Below the pieces are notes generated by a model. The model was not told the DNA's origin, ran no database searches, and saw only the letters and a program-made list of their open reading frames with translations. The position numbers and the translations under genes were made by a program. This document shows positions 20,624-30,163 of a DNA stretch of 47,226 nucleotides, piece after piece (within the stretch, counting starts at the first letter, position 1; each line of letters begins with the position of its first letter). The DNA is from a virus (taxonomy: Duplodnaviria; Heunggongvirae; Uroviricota; Caudoviricetes), in the IMG/VR virus record IMGVR_UViG_2737471818_000007; one strand, written 5' to 3'.

Positions 20624-22540
20624 TTATCCTCCACTCAGAGCAGCCGCGATTTCTTCAATAGTCATTTCATCGTCGTCCTGTTCATCTCTTCTGGCGCGGG
20701 CCAGTGCATCCAGATCCAGTTGCCACCGCTGAACGGAAATGCGCAGCGCTGCATAGGCATACACCAGACAGTCCAGAGCTTCATTACGCCGTTTTCTGGC
20801 ATCCCACTGGAGTTTCACCCGCCCGTTCACAACTTTTTCAACCAGCTCTTCTGCCACGAGTTGTTTAGCTTCAACATCAGAAAAAATGTCCGGGTTATCC
20901 GGAAAACGGAAGGTATACGGTGCGACTTCACTGGCAGATACCACCGGCAGGGCAAAACGCGCATACAGCATTTCCTTGACGGTATCGGAACCCACCTCAC
21001 ACAAAAACACCCCACGCTGGTTTCGCTTTTTTGGCATGGTGATCACCGGCTTGCCGTACACCGACGCCCCTTTGATGGGGAGCACAAAAAAAGTGCCGTG
21101 TTTTCTGGATCGCTGATACACAATGTCCTGGTCAATACCACCGGTATCCCAGCAGACGCGGGAAATGGAAATTTCAGTGCCATCTGCATGACGGTATTTT
21201 TTCCGGATCACGGCATCAACGCGTTTAAGGGTGTCCTCATCTTCCGGTCTCCCCATGATGATCTGCTTGTCAATCAGAAAAGCTTCTTCGCCAGGAGCCC
21301 AGCCCCAGACATAAATCTCATAACGGTTTTTCTGAGAGTCGATCCCTGCGGTCAGGTAAACCACCCGCAGGGGAACCTGCGCATCATAGTGGCAGACTTT
21401 TTCCAGCAATAACTCAAAGCTCAGTTTTTCTGCCACAGCCTCTTCATAAGGCTCCCCCAGCGTGGTGTTAATGAACGTCTTGACGCCATTCGGATCCTTC
21501 AGTGCATCAAGCCAGTCATAAACAATCTGTACCCAGGTGGTGAACGGGCTGTATGCCGTCCAGATGTGGTACGAGATTGAGCGCGGTGGCGGGATTTCCT
21601 CATCACCGGCGCTGTAAAATGTCAGACCGTCACGCGTCCACATCCCGGTATTGTCACAAATCCACCGCCCGTCGGTCTGGTCAAGTTCCGACTGACGGAT
21701 CGCGCAGCCATTATGTTCACACAGGTAATACACCGTCTCCGGCTTGCCCTTCTCCCATTTCAGGCCAAAGGTTGTCGCATCATCGCCAAACTTCAGATAC
21801 TGGGCTTCACCACAATGAGGGCATGGCACATAAAACCGCATAAAATGTGCAGATTCGTTCGCGGCTTTTTCAATCTGGCAAAAACCTTTAATTTTGGGCG
21901 TTGAGCCGCGTATGGATTTAGGCCATACCGAACCTTCGATACGCTTATCGCCAAGCAGAGTTGGTGAACCTTCTTTTTCCACATCCGGTTCAAACGAGGA
22001 GAGTTCGTCATAGCAGACCACATCCACAGATTTTTCACGGTAGTTTTTGGCAGCAGCTCCGCCCAGACACCAGAATCCCACACCGGAGGAGAAACGTTTC
22101 AGGGTAAGCGTGTTGTCCCGATGTTTTCTGCCAAACCACGGAGCCAGCTCCAGTAATACAGGAACGTCTCTTATCGTTGGTTCGACATGGGATTTCATAA
22201 AATCTTCTGCCGCAGAATCTGTCGGCTGAAAAAGCAGGCTGTTACGGGATTTGTGTTCAATAAAATAAGCCTCCACCCCCAACAGCATTTTGGTGTAACC
22301 AACACGCGCCGATTTAATCAGATTAACGGTGCGGATCCGGTCATTCCCCATGCTGTTCATGATGGCAACCTGAAACGGCAGTGTTTCCCATTGCCCGGGA
22401 GTATATGAAGACTCTTTTGGCAGATAATAATGCTGATCAGCCCACTGAACTGTCGTCAGTGGTACCGGAATATTGAGAGATACAAGCCCTGTTGCTATCG
22501 CACCGGCTGCATTAGCTGCCTTCTGTGCGTCTGAAATCAT
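20624..22540 (-). CDS. A: terminase large subunit A
   Basis: Track ORF begins at TTG 22543, ATG at 22540; collinear with lambda gpA ([14 protein letters not shown].., [18 protein letters not shown].., CWDTGGID..). Confidence 0.95.
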   Translation of the reverse strand: MISDAQKAANAAGAIATGLVSLNIPVPLTTVQWADQHYYLPKESSYTPGQWETLPFQVAIMNSMGNDRIRTVNLIKSARVGYTKMLLGVEAYFIEHKSRNSLLFQPTDSAAEDFMKSHVEPTIRDVPVLLELAPWFGRKHRDNTLTLKRFSSGVGFWCLGGAAAKNYREKSVDVVCYDELSSFEPDVEKEGSPTLLGDKRIEGSVWPKSIRGSTPKIKGFCQIEKAANESAHFMRFYVPCPHCGEAQYLKFGDDATTFGLKWEKGKPETVYYLCEHNGCAIRQSELDQTDGRWICDNTGMWTRDGLTFYSAGDEEIPPPRSISYHIWTAYSPFTTWVQIVYDWLDALKDPNGVKTFINTTLGEPYEEAVAEKLSFELLLEKVCHYDAQVPLRVVYLTAGIDSQKNRYEIYVWGWAPGEEAFLIDKQIIMGRPEDEDTLKRVDAVIRKKYRHADGTEISISRVCWDTGGIDQDIVYQRSRKHGTFFVLPIKGASVYGKPVITMPKKRNQRGVFLCEVGSDTVKEMLYARFALPVVSASEVAPYTFRFPDNPDIFSDVEAKQLVAEELVEKVVNGRVKLQWDARKRRNEALDCLVYAYAALRISVQRWQLDLDALARARRDEQDDDEMTIEEIAAALSGG

Positions 22541-23060
22541 CAATCCACCCGCCTACGTTCTCACCAGCTTTAGCTGCAACGTTGGAGGCTTTTGCGATTT
22601 CAGTTTTCACCACATCAAGGTGTGACGGTGAAATATCCGGATATTTACGCTGTAATGTCAGCGGCACACGTACAAGTATCCCCGAAATCTCCTGTGCCAC
22701 ACGTTGCAGAATGAAGGTAAACAATTCCGTTTCCAGTACCAGCCCTTCTTCGCGGGCATTTTTCAGTTCCTGTGCATCAGCCTGTGCTTTTGTGAGTCGG
22801 TAGCGCTCATAGTCAATGGTGCCGGGTTGTAAATCTGATTCCGCAGCCGCACGCAAATCCTCGGTCTCTTTGCGGAGTTTTTCGTTTTCAATATCGGCTT
22901 CGCGCTGCGCATACCACTGAATTGCCATGGCGGTATCAAATACAGATTCAACCCCCTTACTACCACCAGAGACACAAGAGAGCCCCTGAGACTGCCAGCG
23001 TTCAATCGTTCGTGGATCCACGTTGAAAATTTCCGCGAGCTTCTTTTTATTAACCTTCAT
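22512..23060 (-). CDS. nu1: terminase small subunit Nu1
   Basis: Track ORF trimmed to the ATG at 23060 ([12 protein letters not shown].., cf. lambda Nu1 MEVNKKQLADIF); overlaps the A start. Confidence 0.9.
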   Translation of the reverse strand: MKVNKKKLAEIFNVDPRTIERWQSQGLSCVSGGSKGVESVFDTAMAIQWYAQREADIENEKLRKETEDLRAAAESDLQPGTIDYERYRLTKAQADAQELKNAREEGLVLETELFTFILQRVAQEISGILVRVPLTLQRKYPDISPSHLDVVKTEIAKASNVAAKAGENVGGWIDDFRRTEGS

Positions 23061-23214
23061 AAAACATTTCCATATCAAATGCAGGGTCCGACATGGAAGT
23101 GCTCAAAGACGTCTTTTTCGGGCACTTTCATGTCGGACCTTTTACGGATGTGATTGATGAAAAAACAATGAGTTATACACGAGAAGTACCGACACGCTTT
23201 TTCCCGAAAAATTT

Positions 23215-23265
23215 TCATAAATAGCGAAAATCCGCGCCGCTGCCGCCCCGTGGCAGGCCCCCCCA
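23215..23265 (-). other. cos site (cosN region), lambda-like
   Basis: Minus strand reads CGGGGCGGCAGCGGCGCGGATTTTCGCTATTTATGAAAATTTTTCGGG, close to the lambda left end GGGCGGCGACCTCGCGGGTTTTCGCTATTTATGAAAATTTTCCGG; lies ~170 bp upstream of Nu1. Confidence 0.7.
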
Positions 23266-23808
23266 CCGGAAGGACCCGCACAAATGAGAGCGTTTATCAT
23301 TAACATTTACAGATAAGATGACGTACATCATTGAAACGCCATTCAGCCATATACCGGCAGCATTCGGTGTTGCACTTCATAACTCTGCGACTACGGTTAT
23401 AAAAGCATTGGCTACTTTTGCCACCGGCAAATCTTCAATGGATTTCCCCTGCCGGTTTTTTATTTTCATCGATGCATAACATTGCTTTTACATCAATAGC
23501 AGCTATTGTCAGTAGTATGTTGTATCGATGCATGGGTGGTATTGGCGGTCTTCGCCGACCGGTTCTGTGTAGCTCCCTATGACCGGTTTTTTTATTTCTA
23601 AGATTATAGAAGTCCTTCACTGTATGAAGGACTTCTATAACGCTTCTTACTTTGTAATTTTCGCACCTTCCGGTAATTCCATAGGTTAAAAAAACCTCAT
23701 AATCTCTAACAATTATCATCCACACAGGATAAAGACATCTGACCAGATTGCAGTATTAAAAGCTCTCATGCAGACTACGCACCCCATATCATATACAAGG
23801 TTATACTG

Positions 23809-24219
23809 ATGGTTCAGGTTGCCATTTTTAAAGAAATATTTGATCAAGTGCGGAAAGATTTAAACTGTGACCGATTTTACTCTGAACTAAAACGTCACAA
23901 TGTCTCACATTACATTTACTATTTAGCCACAGGTAATATTCACGTTGTATTGAAAAATGATAACACAGTGTTAATAAAAGGACTTAAGGAGGTTGTGAAT
24001 GTTAAATTTCGCAGAGACACGCGACTTATAGAAAATTACTCTCATAAGTTGAAATCAAGAGAAATCACATTTCATGAATACAGGGAAAATCTGGCTAAGG
24101 CTGGAGTTTTCCGATGGGTTACAAATGTCCATGAACACAAAAGGTATTACTATACCTTTGACAACTCATTATTGTTTACCGAAAGCATTCAGAACACGAC
24201 ACAATTTTTTCCACGCTAA
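23809..24219 (+). CDS. ybcV: DUF1398-family protein (YbcV-like)
   Basis: 136-aa ORF with ATG at 23809; occupies the DLP12 ybcV position next to bor; identity from memory only. Confidence 0.6.
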   Translation: MVQVAIFKEIFDQVRKDLNCDRFYSELKRHNVSHYIYYLATGNIHVVLKNDNTVLIKGLKEVVNVKFRRDTRLIENYSHKLKSREITFHEYRENLAKAGVFRWVTNVHEHKRYYYTFDNSLLFTESIQNTTQFFPR

Positions 24220-24443
24220 ACCATATCGCCCGGTTTAATCCCCCTCACTATCCGGCACTCCCACACAGGAGTTACCAGTCGGTACTGTGGACATAGTTAA
24301 TCCGGGAATACAATGAAAATACAGCACATCTGGCATACTTTAATAAACATTAAAAATATGAGATTTCAACTCATTGTTTAGGTTTTGTTTAAATTTCTAC
24401 AAATACGATTCAACAACCTTAAAAACACAACGGGAATAACACT

Positions 24444-24737
24444 ATGAAAAAAACGCTACTCACTTTCACGCTGGCCCTGCTTATCTCTGGATGTGCTCAA
24501 CAGACGTTTACTGTTGAAAACCAACCGACAACAGTAACACCGAAGGAAACCATCACTCATCATTTCTTCGTTTCTGGAATTGGTCAGAAGAAAACTGTCG
24601 ATGCAGCCAAAGTTTGTGGTGGCGCAGAAAAAGTTGTTAAGACTGAAACCCAGCAAACATTCGTAAATGGATTGCTCGGTTTTATCACTTTCGGCATTTA
24701 TACTCCGCTGGAAGCTCGGGTATATTGCTCACAATAA
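24444..24737 (+). CDS. bor: Bor lipoprotein (serum-resistance, Iss family)
   Basis: 97-aa ORF MKKTLLTFTLALLISGCAQQTFTV... with lipobox LISGC; near-identical in pattern to lambda Bor; opposite strand to the late operon as in lambda. Confidence 0.92.
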   Translation: MKKTLLTFTLALLISGCAQQTFTVENQPTTVTPKETITHHFFVSGIGQKKTVDAAKVCGGAEKVVKTETQQTFVNGLLGFITFGIYTPLEARVYCSQ

Positions 24738-24745
24738 TATCATAA

Positions 24746-24769
24746 GTTGCCCATCTCGATGGGCAACTC
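24746..24769. terminator. hairpin between convergent bor and endolysin genes
   Basis: Perfect 10-bp inverted repeat AGTTGCCCAT-ctcg-ATGGGCAACT directly after the bor stop; U-rich run on the minus-strand side. Confidence 0.5.
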
Positions 24770-25054
24770 TATCTGCACTTGATGCGCAAATAACAACTTC
24801 CAAAAGAAAAATAGCAAAAGCAGACCGTGTCACATAAAGACGTGCAGTTACTTTCTTTTCTATTCCTTTCATAACGGACGGCTTTAAAAGAAGATTTATA
24901 CGATCTGCCGAGGATTTTTCTCTGTACTCACTGATTCATATTCTCCTCTTTGTTTGGTATAAAAACCGAACTCTTTCTCCAGTCGTTTTTCTTGTTCGGT
25001 AAGTCTAATAACAAGCTAACCGCAGGTTGGATTTACTGGCCTCATTAATGCCAA

Positions 25055-25600
25055 CTACACCACCACGCGCTCTTTCATCCAGCCATACACGAACGATTCA
25101 TTAGCCTCACGTTTTTCTGCCAGTTCAAGGTAGCGATCTCCCTGCGTACAGTTTAGCGCTGTCAGAATCACCAACTCACCATCCCTGCCACGTTTTGACA
25201 AATAGGCGCGTAACGCATTAATGGTACGTGGGCCGATACAACCATCTGCATCAATGTCCGGATACAACTCTCCTTTCTGGTTAAATACATTAAGCCAGCG
25301 CTGAAGCATTCTGGATGCCACTGACGGCCCCATGTTTACGCCGGTATCACACAATTCAGCAGCGATCTCCGGAGACAGGCTCGCAACCTTGTGAAAACGT
25401 GGTCCGTACCAGTAGTCCGCTTCAAGAATTTCGAGGGCCTGCCCACGCGTCAGGTCACGAATATCCCCCTGATAACCGTGTGCACGGGCAACTTTTCCAG
25501 TAATGCCCCATTTAGTCGGACCACCTTTATCATCAGGGTGGTTGACGTAGCCGCCCTCTTTGCCAAGAACAGCATCAAAAATTTCATCTTTCGACTTCAT
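25055..25600 (-). CDS. endolysin, GH108-type lysozyme with peptidoglycan-binding domain
   Basis: Track ORF begins at GTG 25648; ATG at 25600 gives MKSKDEIFDAVLGKEGGYVNHPDDKGGPTKWGIT, the GH108 N-terminal signature; starts right after the stop of the upstream membrane ORF. Confidence 0.8.
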   Translation of the reverse strand: MKSKDEIFDAVLGKEGGYVNHPDDKGGPTKWGITGKVARAHGYQGDIRDLTRGQALEILEADYWYGPRFHKVASLSPEIAAELCDTGVNMGPSVASRMLQRWLNVFNQKGELYPDIDADGCIGPRTINALRAYLSKRGRDGELVILTALNCTQGDRYLELAEKREANESFVYGWMKERVVV

Positions 25601-25601
25601 C

Positions 25602-25880
25602 TCAGCGCCTTCGTAATACAAAGATTTTTGAAACGTTCCCACGAGCACGAACCACCAGCACGCAGAACAGCAGGTTAAAAAACACTTCCAGCCAGCCCGT
25701 TGCTAACGGGCGACCACACAGATAGCTGAGGGGCGCAAAGGCATACAGCAACATCAGCAGCCAGGCCAGCCACGACATCAGCGGTTTATGTCTCGACTCA
25801 CCACGACGATAAAAAAAGAGCGTCAGCACGATAACCGTGCTTAACACCATATTCAGTAATCCGGGAAGGTTACTTAACAT
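25602..25880 (-). CDS. lysis-cassette membrane protein (second holin-like protein)
   Basis: Track ORF begins at GTG 25892; ATG at 25880 preceded by GGAGG; ~92 aa with two or three hydrophobic helices; sits between holin and endolysin. Confidence 0.6.
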   Translation of the reverse strand: MLSNLPGLLNMVLSTVIVLTLFFYRRGESRHKPLMSWLAWLLMLLYAFAPLSYLCGRPLATGWLEVFFNLLFCVLVVRARGNVSKIFVLRRR

Positions 25881-26259
25881 TACCGCCTCCACCCCGCAGA
25901 CGGGAGAACAGCCCAGATACCAGCGATGCGATATCCTGCTGGTGGATGAATGATAGAATCTTCACCGACACCACCGATACCAGTACCGCACAAAGCGCGT
26001 CGAGAGATGTGCTGTGGAGATTCAGTTTTTCAGCCAAGTAAGACGCCATCACATCCGCCCCCAGCACGCCAACAATGAACGACACCAGAAAATGCGCTGC
26101 CACACGCCAGACAGAAATCTTCTGTGGTATCGTGGCCACAAACAGCGCCCCTGCGAATGCACCAAACACAATCCCGAAATCCGTTCCGGTAAACAGCCCG
26201 AATACCGTCGCCCCGCCGAGCGCCGCAGCCGTGCCGGAACCGGATAAGGGTTCAGACAT
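25870..26259 (-). CDS. putative holin
   Basis: Track ORF 25870..26472 trimmed to the ATG at 26259 preceded by AGGAGA; 129 aa, Gly/Ala-rich transmembrane segments; first gene after the terminator-rich leader. Confidence 0.65.
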   Translation of the reverse strand: MSEPLSGSGTAAALGGATVFGLFTGTDFGIVFGAFAGALFVATIPQKISVWRVAAHFLVSFIVGVLGADVMASYLAEKLNLHSTSLDALCAVLVSVVSVKILSFIHQQDIASLVSGLFSRLRGGGGNVK

Positions 26260-26275
26260 ACTTTTTCTCCTGTAA

Positions 26276-26308
26276 ATAAAAAAGGGCCTCTGTCGGCCCG
26301 TAAAAAAA
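26276..26308 (-). terminator. rho-independent terminator just upstream of the holin (tR'-like)
   Basis: Minus strand GGGCCGACAGAGGCCC followed by TTTTTTATTT, about 20 nt before the holin RBS. Confidence 0.6.
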
Positions 26309-26426
26309 CACCCCATCAAAGGCACCCGCAGATGCCTTTTGTGTGGTGTTATCTGGTGTTTTCTGATGTGATGTGTACAGGACACAGATGTGAAAAAGGT
26401 CCGCCGGTACGAACCCTGTGTATGAA

Positions 26427-26455
26427 TAAAAAAATGCCCGTCAGGAGACGGGCCA
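26427..26455 (-). terminator. rho-independent terminator in the late leader
   Basis: Minus strand GCCCGTCTCCTGACGGGC followed by ATTTTTTT. Confidence 0.6.
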
Positions 26456-26508
26456 ACGCATTCATCATGCAAGAGTTAAGCAGGATTACTTGTATCGAAT
26501 TATCGGTA

Positions 26509-26583
26509 TCAGAATGAGTCGTCAACCTGCAACCGCAATTCTGACGAATCGTAGGTTCCGGTACAGGTGACGACTCATTCTGA
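26509..26583. repeat. large inverted repeat (stem ~20 bp, loop ~32 nt)
   Basis: ATCAGAATGAGTCGTCAACCTG ... CAGGTGACGACTCATTCTGAT. Confidence 0.7.
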
Positions 26584-26656
26584 TAACGCATACCATTAAC
26601 AATGTAAAAAACCAGCAAGCCTCAAATAAATTAGCATAATTAAAATCTCAGAATAC

Positions 26657-26762
26657 GATGCCTGATGCATTATCGGGATAAAGCATAATTACCTGATAAA
26701 TGAAATGCCTGCATTGCAAAGATCCTCACCAATAACCATGCTTTATCCCGATAAGGCATCAC
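26657..26762. repeat. 21-bp inverted repeats flanking a ~50-bp spacer
   Basis: TGCATTATCGGGATAAAGCAT ... ATGCTTTATCCCGATAAGGCA (20 of 21 match). Confidence 0.65.
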
Positions 26763-27056
26763 ATAATTAAATATGTTGCATTAAGATGACGTTCCGCCCC
26801 ATAACACCCTGATATTCACCTAACTCGCCATGAAATCAGAACGCCATCTGAATACACAGAAAAAAGCTGGCTTTACACCACCCTGCATGTGAACGCAGAA
26901 CTCACCCCACCACGTGCTTTCGCAACCAGCACACAATCTGTGTCAAAAACTGGCAGATGAGCAATGAAACTGCCAGTGCGGTCACCTGTCTTAGTTCGCA
27001 TCGCTAATTCTGCGTGATAACAAGCTTTTCGTTCTTATCTTATTGTGCACTCCTGG

Positions 27057-28106
27057 TTAACCCGCCTGCTCCATTATTTCACCAACGGTCTGTTCAAAAC
27101 GTTCTTTTTCCAGTTCCACGCCAGTCGCCCTGCGTCCCAGTGACAGTGCCGCTTTTATTGTCGCCCCCGACCCCATAAAAAAATCGGCAACCAAATCACC
27201 GGGGCGACTGCTGGCCTCAATTATCTGCCGCAACATATCGGCTGGTTTTTCACAGGGATGTTTGCCCGGATAATACTGCACGGGCTTGTGCGTCCAGACA
27301 TCCGTATACGGAACGGCAACTGATACGGAAAAATAACGCCGCAGGGATTTGTACTCCTTCAGCAGGCTGGCATATTGCCGGTTCAGTTCACTGTATGTGC
27401 TGACCAGCTGGTGGTGTGGCTTTTCCAGTTCCCCGCGTTGATGTTTTTCTGCTGCAACACGCGCAAACAACGCCTGTAATTTCAGATAATCACCTTCGTT
27501 CGGCAACTGCCACTGACTGATACCAAACCAGTGCGAAGCCATGTTTTTCTTTCCGGTGGCTTCCGCTATCTGTTTTGACGTTATTCCCAGTGATTCACGC
27601 GCATCACGAAAGTAAGAAATCAGCGGGGCCATGACGTGCTGTTTTAGCTCGCTCCCCTTTGCCGCATAGCCGTCATTTTTGGGCCGGTATGGCCCCTGAT
27701 AATGTTCTGCAAACAGAATGCGTTCTGTTGCCGGGAAATACGCCCGCAGGCTTTCCTTGTTGCATCCGTTCCAGCGTCCGGACGGCTTCGCCCAGATAAT
27801 GTGGTTCAGCACATTAAAGCGCTCACGCATCATGATTTCGATATCAGATGCCAGGCGATGACCACAGAACAGGTAGAGACTTCCGGCAGGTTTCAGTACC
27901 CGCCAGAACTGCGCCAGACACTGTTCCAGCCATTTCAGGTAATCATCGTCGCCCTTCCACTGGTTATCCCAGCCCTCGGGCTTCACTTTAAAGTATGGCG
28001 GGTCTGTGACTATCAGATCGACTGAGTTTTCCGGTAAGGTCTGGATAAATTCCAGGCAATCAGCGTTGATTAACTCACAACTGGATATTTTTACAGTATT
28101 AACCAT
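27057..28106 (-). CDS. DNA methyltransferase, beta-class N6-adenine/N4-cytosine type
   Basis: 349-aa ORF with ATG at 28106; motif IV DPPY near the N-terminus (LIVTDPPYF) and motif I FxGxG near the C-terminus (DFFMGSGAT). Confidence 0.8.
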   Translation of the reverse strand: MVNTVKISSCELINADCLEFIQTLPENSVDLIVTDPPYFKVKPEGWDNQWKGDDDYLKWLEQCLAQFWRVLKPAGSLYLFCGHRLASDIEIMMRERFNVLNHIIWAKPSGRWNGCNKESLRAYFPATERILFAEHYQGPYRPKNDGYAAKGSELKQHVMAPLISYFRDARESLGITSKQIAEATGKKNMASHWFGISQWQLPNEGDYLKLQALFARVAAEKHQRGELEKPHHQLVSTYSELNRQYASLLKEYKSLRRYFSVSVAVPYTDVWTHKPVQYYPGKHPCEKPADMLRQIIEASSRPGDLVADFFMGSGATIKAALSLGRRATGVELEKERFEQTVGEIMEQAG

Positions 28107-28256
28107 AGATCAATAAGCACTTCTCTGATAGGCTCATACCGCTTTTGCGCAAAGCAGATGGGCCTGAGGTTTGCTTGTGACCCCAAAGCATGAGCAGATG
28201 GCTGGCAGGTGCCGCTAACACCCACCAGCCGCCCATTACCACAAATTAAAAAGCCT

Positions 28257-28454
28257 TCACTGCGGAAGGCGTCTGTAACAACCGAACTGATAATCTGCCA
28301 GACCCGCCATAACAAGCTGAGTCAGTATTAACTGGCAGCGTTCGCGTGAAAGGTAAGTATTCTGCGCAATTTCCCCGACGGTCGCCGGTTCGGTGACGCG
28401 TAATTCATTAAAAACCACTCTGGCGGTTTCGGTCATATCCTGCTGTTTTAGCAT
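28257..28454 (-). CDS. small putative winged-helix DNA-binding protein
   Basis: Track ORF 28257..28634 trimmed to the ATG at 28454 (MLKQQDMTETARVVFNELRVTEPATVGEIAQNTYLSRERCQLILTQLV..., 65 aa); upstream of the methyltransferase on the same strand; function inferred only. Confidence 0.45.
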   Translation of the reverse strand: MLKQQDMTETARVVFNELRVTEPATVGEIAQNTYLSRERCQLILTQLVMAGLADYQFGCYRRLPQ

Positions 28455-28576
28455 GTCTTTTTCCCTTTTCCGGTTAACGTGACATACCAATAACTCTTGT
28501 CGAAAAAGCCAGCAAGCTGAAAGACTGGTATTCGTAACCACCAGCGCGTTTAACGTACTGTACCACTTTTCGGGCA

Positions 28577-28603
28577 CAAAAAACCCGCTCGGCGGCGGGT
28601 TTA
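28577..28603 (-). terminator. putative rho-independent terminator
   Basis: Minus strand AACCCGCCGCCGAGCGGGTT followed by TTTTTGTG. Confidence 0.4.
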
Positions 28604-28713
28604 GGCTGTGTGGCGAAGCGACTATCCTTAACACAATACAATAGTTTTTGCGTACGCGTTAATGATTTTGTAAAATTAATTGATGGGTTGATTTTAAAAC
28701 AAGGATATATTAT

Positions 28714-30117
28714 ATGGCTCGTAAAGATTTCACTCAGCAAATAGACATTCCAATTCAAAATATCCTCCTCGATACTGAAAATGCCAGAATCCGCGCAGGT
28801 AGAGATCAAAACAACTGCATTTCAAGGATATTGCGTAAAGAAAACCAGATGCTTGTATTGATGGAGGATATTGCAGAAAACGGACTTACAACCATGCCCA
28901 TATTGGTTATGCCTCACTCAGAAGGTAAATGGGTAGTTAAAGATGGTAATAGACGAATAACAGCTTTAAAACTATTAAATAACCCAGATAGTTGCCCGGA
29001 ACCACATTTAATTCCGAAAATAAAAAAAATAAAAGAAAAATATCATGACAACATACCTACTACTGTTGACTGTTTATCAAGTGACAATTTTGAAGCAGTA
29101 TTTAAAGAGATAATAGCAAGGCATTCTGGAGCACGTAATGGTGCTGGTCAATATGACTGGTTTGCATATATGCGAACAATTTATCTATTAAATAATGGAC
29201 ATCCAACTGATTATAAAAGAGCTGGTCAATATATGTGTTGGGCTGAACAAGAAGGCATTGATGTAGATGATGATTTCCCAATCACTAGTGTAGCCAGATT
29301 CTTTACTAGAGATAATCTTCTATTGTTAGGATTTGAAGTGGAAAATGATAAATTGAAGCCAATACTCTCAAAAGAAAAAATAATAAAAATGGCCTCAAAA
29401 ATTAATAGCGACTTTTCTTCAAAAATAGTTGATGTTAACACCGTCTTTAATCCTAGCGATGCAAAGAAATATCTTTGCTCGGTAAGAAAATATGCAGGAA
29501 TAATAGATGATTTTGCTTACAATAGTGATGACACAGAACAAGAAAATAATAAAAAAGAAGAAACAAATAAATGTTCCTCTCCATCTGAAGTGGATAACAA
29601 TAATGCGCAATCAGATAGTAAGAGTGACGCACCTGTACTACTAAAAAAACACGCAGGTAGAGGAGGTACACCTAAAAAAATACCAGCAGAGCGAAATAAA
29701 ATTTTTGGTAGAGGAAAGCCTGGAATTACTATTCCTGAAAATGAGACTAAAATAAGAACTATAATCTCAGAACTTAGGCAATTAGATGTAAAAAAAACAA
29801 CTCTTGCAACTGCATTTCTTCTTCGGGCACTGCTGGAGTTAAGTGATAAAGAATATAGAACAATTAACAAGTTGCAAGATAAAAAAAGCTTAGCTAAAAA
29901 TATTGCTAATAGCGCAGATCATATGTTGAAAAATAATCTAATCACTGACTCAGAACACCATATAATATCAGCTTATACTCGCGGCGAGCAAGGAACTGTG
30001 CACATTGAAACTTTACAAAAATTAATTCACAGAGAGACACATCACCCAGATTATATCTCAATTAATGTTTTTTGGGACAATATAGGTTGTTTTGTTCGAG
30101 CTTGTTGGAAAGATTAA
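28714..30117 (+). CDS. ParB/Srx-fold (DGxRR motif) N-terminal domain protein, unknown function; candidate nuclease or defence protein
   Basis: 467-aa ORF with ATG at 28714; N-terminus has ParB-like motifs (ILLDTENARIR; GLTTMPILVMP; VVKDGNRRITALKLL); Lys-rich low-complexity linker; His-rich C-terminal domain; very AT-rich. Confidence 0.65.
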   Translation: MARKDFTQQIDIPIQNILLDTENARIRAGRDQNNCISRILRKENQMLVLMEDIAENGLTTMPILVMPHSEGKWVVKDGNRRITALKLLNNPDSCPEPHLIPKIKKIKEKYHDNIPTTVDCLSSDNFEAVFKEIIARHSGARNGAGQYDWFAYMRTIYLLNNGHPTDYKRAGQYMCWAEQEGIDVDDDFPITSVARFFTRDNLLLLGFEVENDKLKPILSKEKIIKMASKINSDFSSKIVDVNTVFNPSDAKKYLCSVRKYAGIIDDFAYNSDDTEQENNKKEETNKCSSPSEVDNNNAQSDSKSDAPVLLKKHAGRGGTPKKIPAERNKIFGRGKPGITIPENETKIRTIISELRQLDVKKTTLATAFLLRALLELSDKEYRTINKLQDKKSLAKNIANSADHMLKNNLITDSEHHIISAYTRGEQGTVHIETLQKLIHRETHHPDYISINVFWDNIGCFVRACWKD

Positions 30118-30163
30118 AATAATATACCACGCTGGACTAATTTATTAGTCCAGCGTACAGTTT

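Noticed and set aside
20606-21412. 268-aa plus-strand ORF
   Set aside because: Antisense to terminase large subunit A
23435-23725. 96-aa minus-strand ORF between cos and the ybcV-like gene
   Set aside because: No recognisable family or convincing RBS; region contains hairpins (perfect 14-bp inverted repeat near 23608-23640) and is more likely noncoding
24730-24873. 47-aa minus-strand ORF between endolysin and bor as a possible Rz1-like spanin
   Set aside because: Weak RBS, overlaps the bor 3' end and the intergenic hairpin, lipobox not canonical; kept only as a hypothesis in the lysis finding
25870-26472. Full 200-aa extent of the track ORF containing the holin
   Set aside because: The upstream 71 codons run through two terminator hairpins and lack an RBS; the ATG at 26259 with AGGAGA is the credible start
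26260-27056. Possible tRNA genes or a CRISPR array in the noncoding region upstream of the lysis genes
   Set aside because: No T-loop/acceptor-stem pattern seen by eye; the inverted repeats are not arranged as regular repeat-spacer units; tRNAscan-SE and a CRISPR finder should still be run
28091-28315. 74-aa minus-strand ORF between the small winged-helix gene and the methyltransferase
   Set aside because: Overlaps the methyltransferase start, no features, probably intergenic
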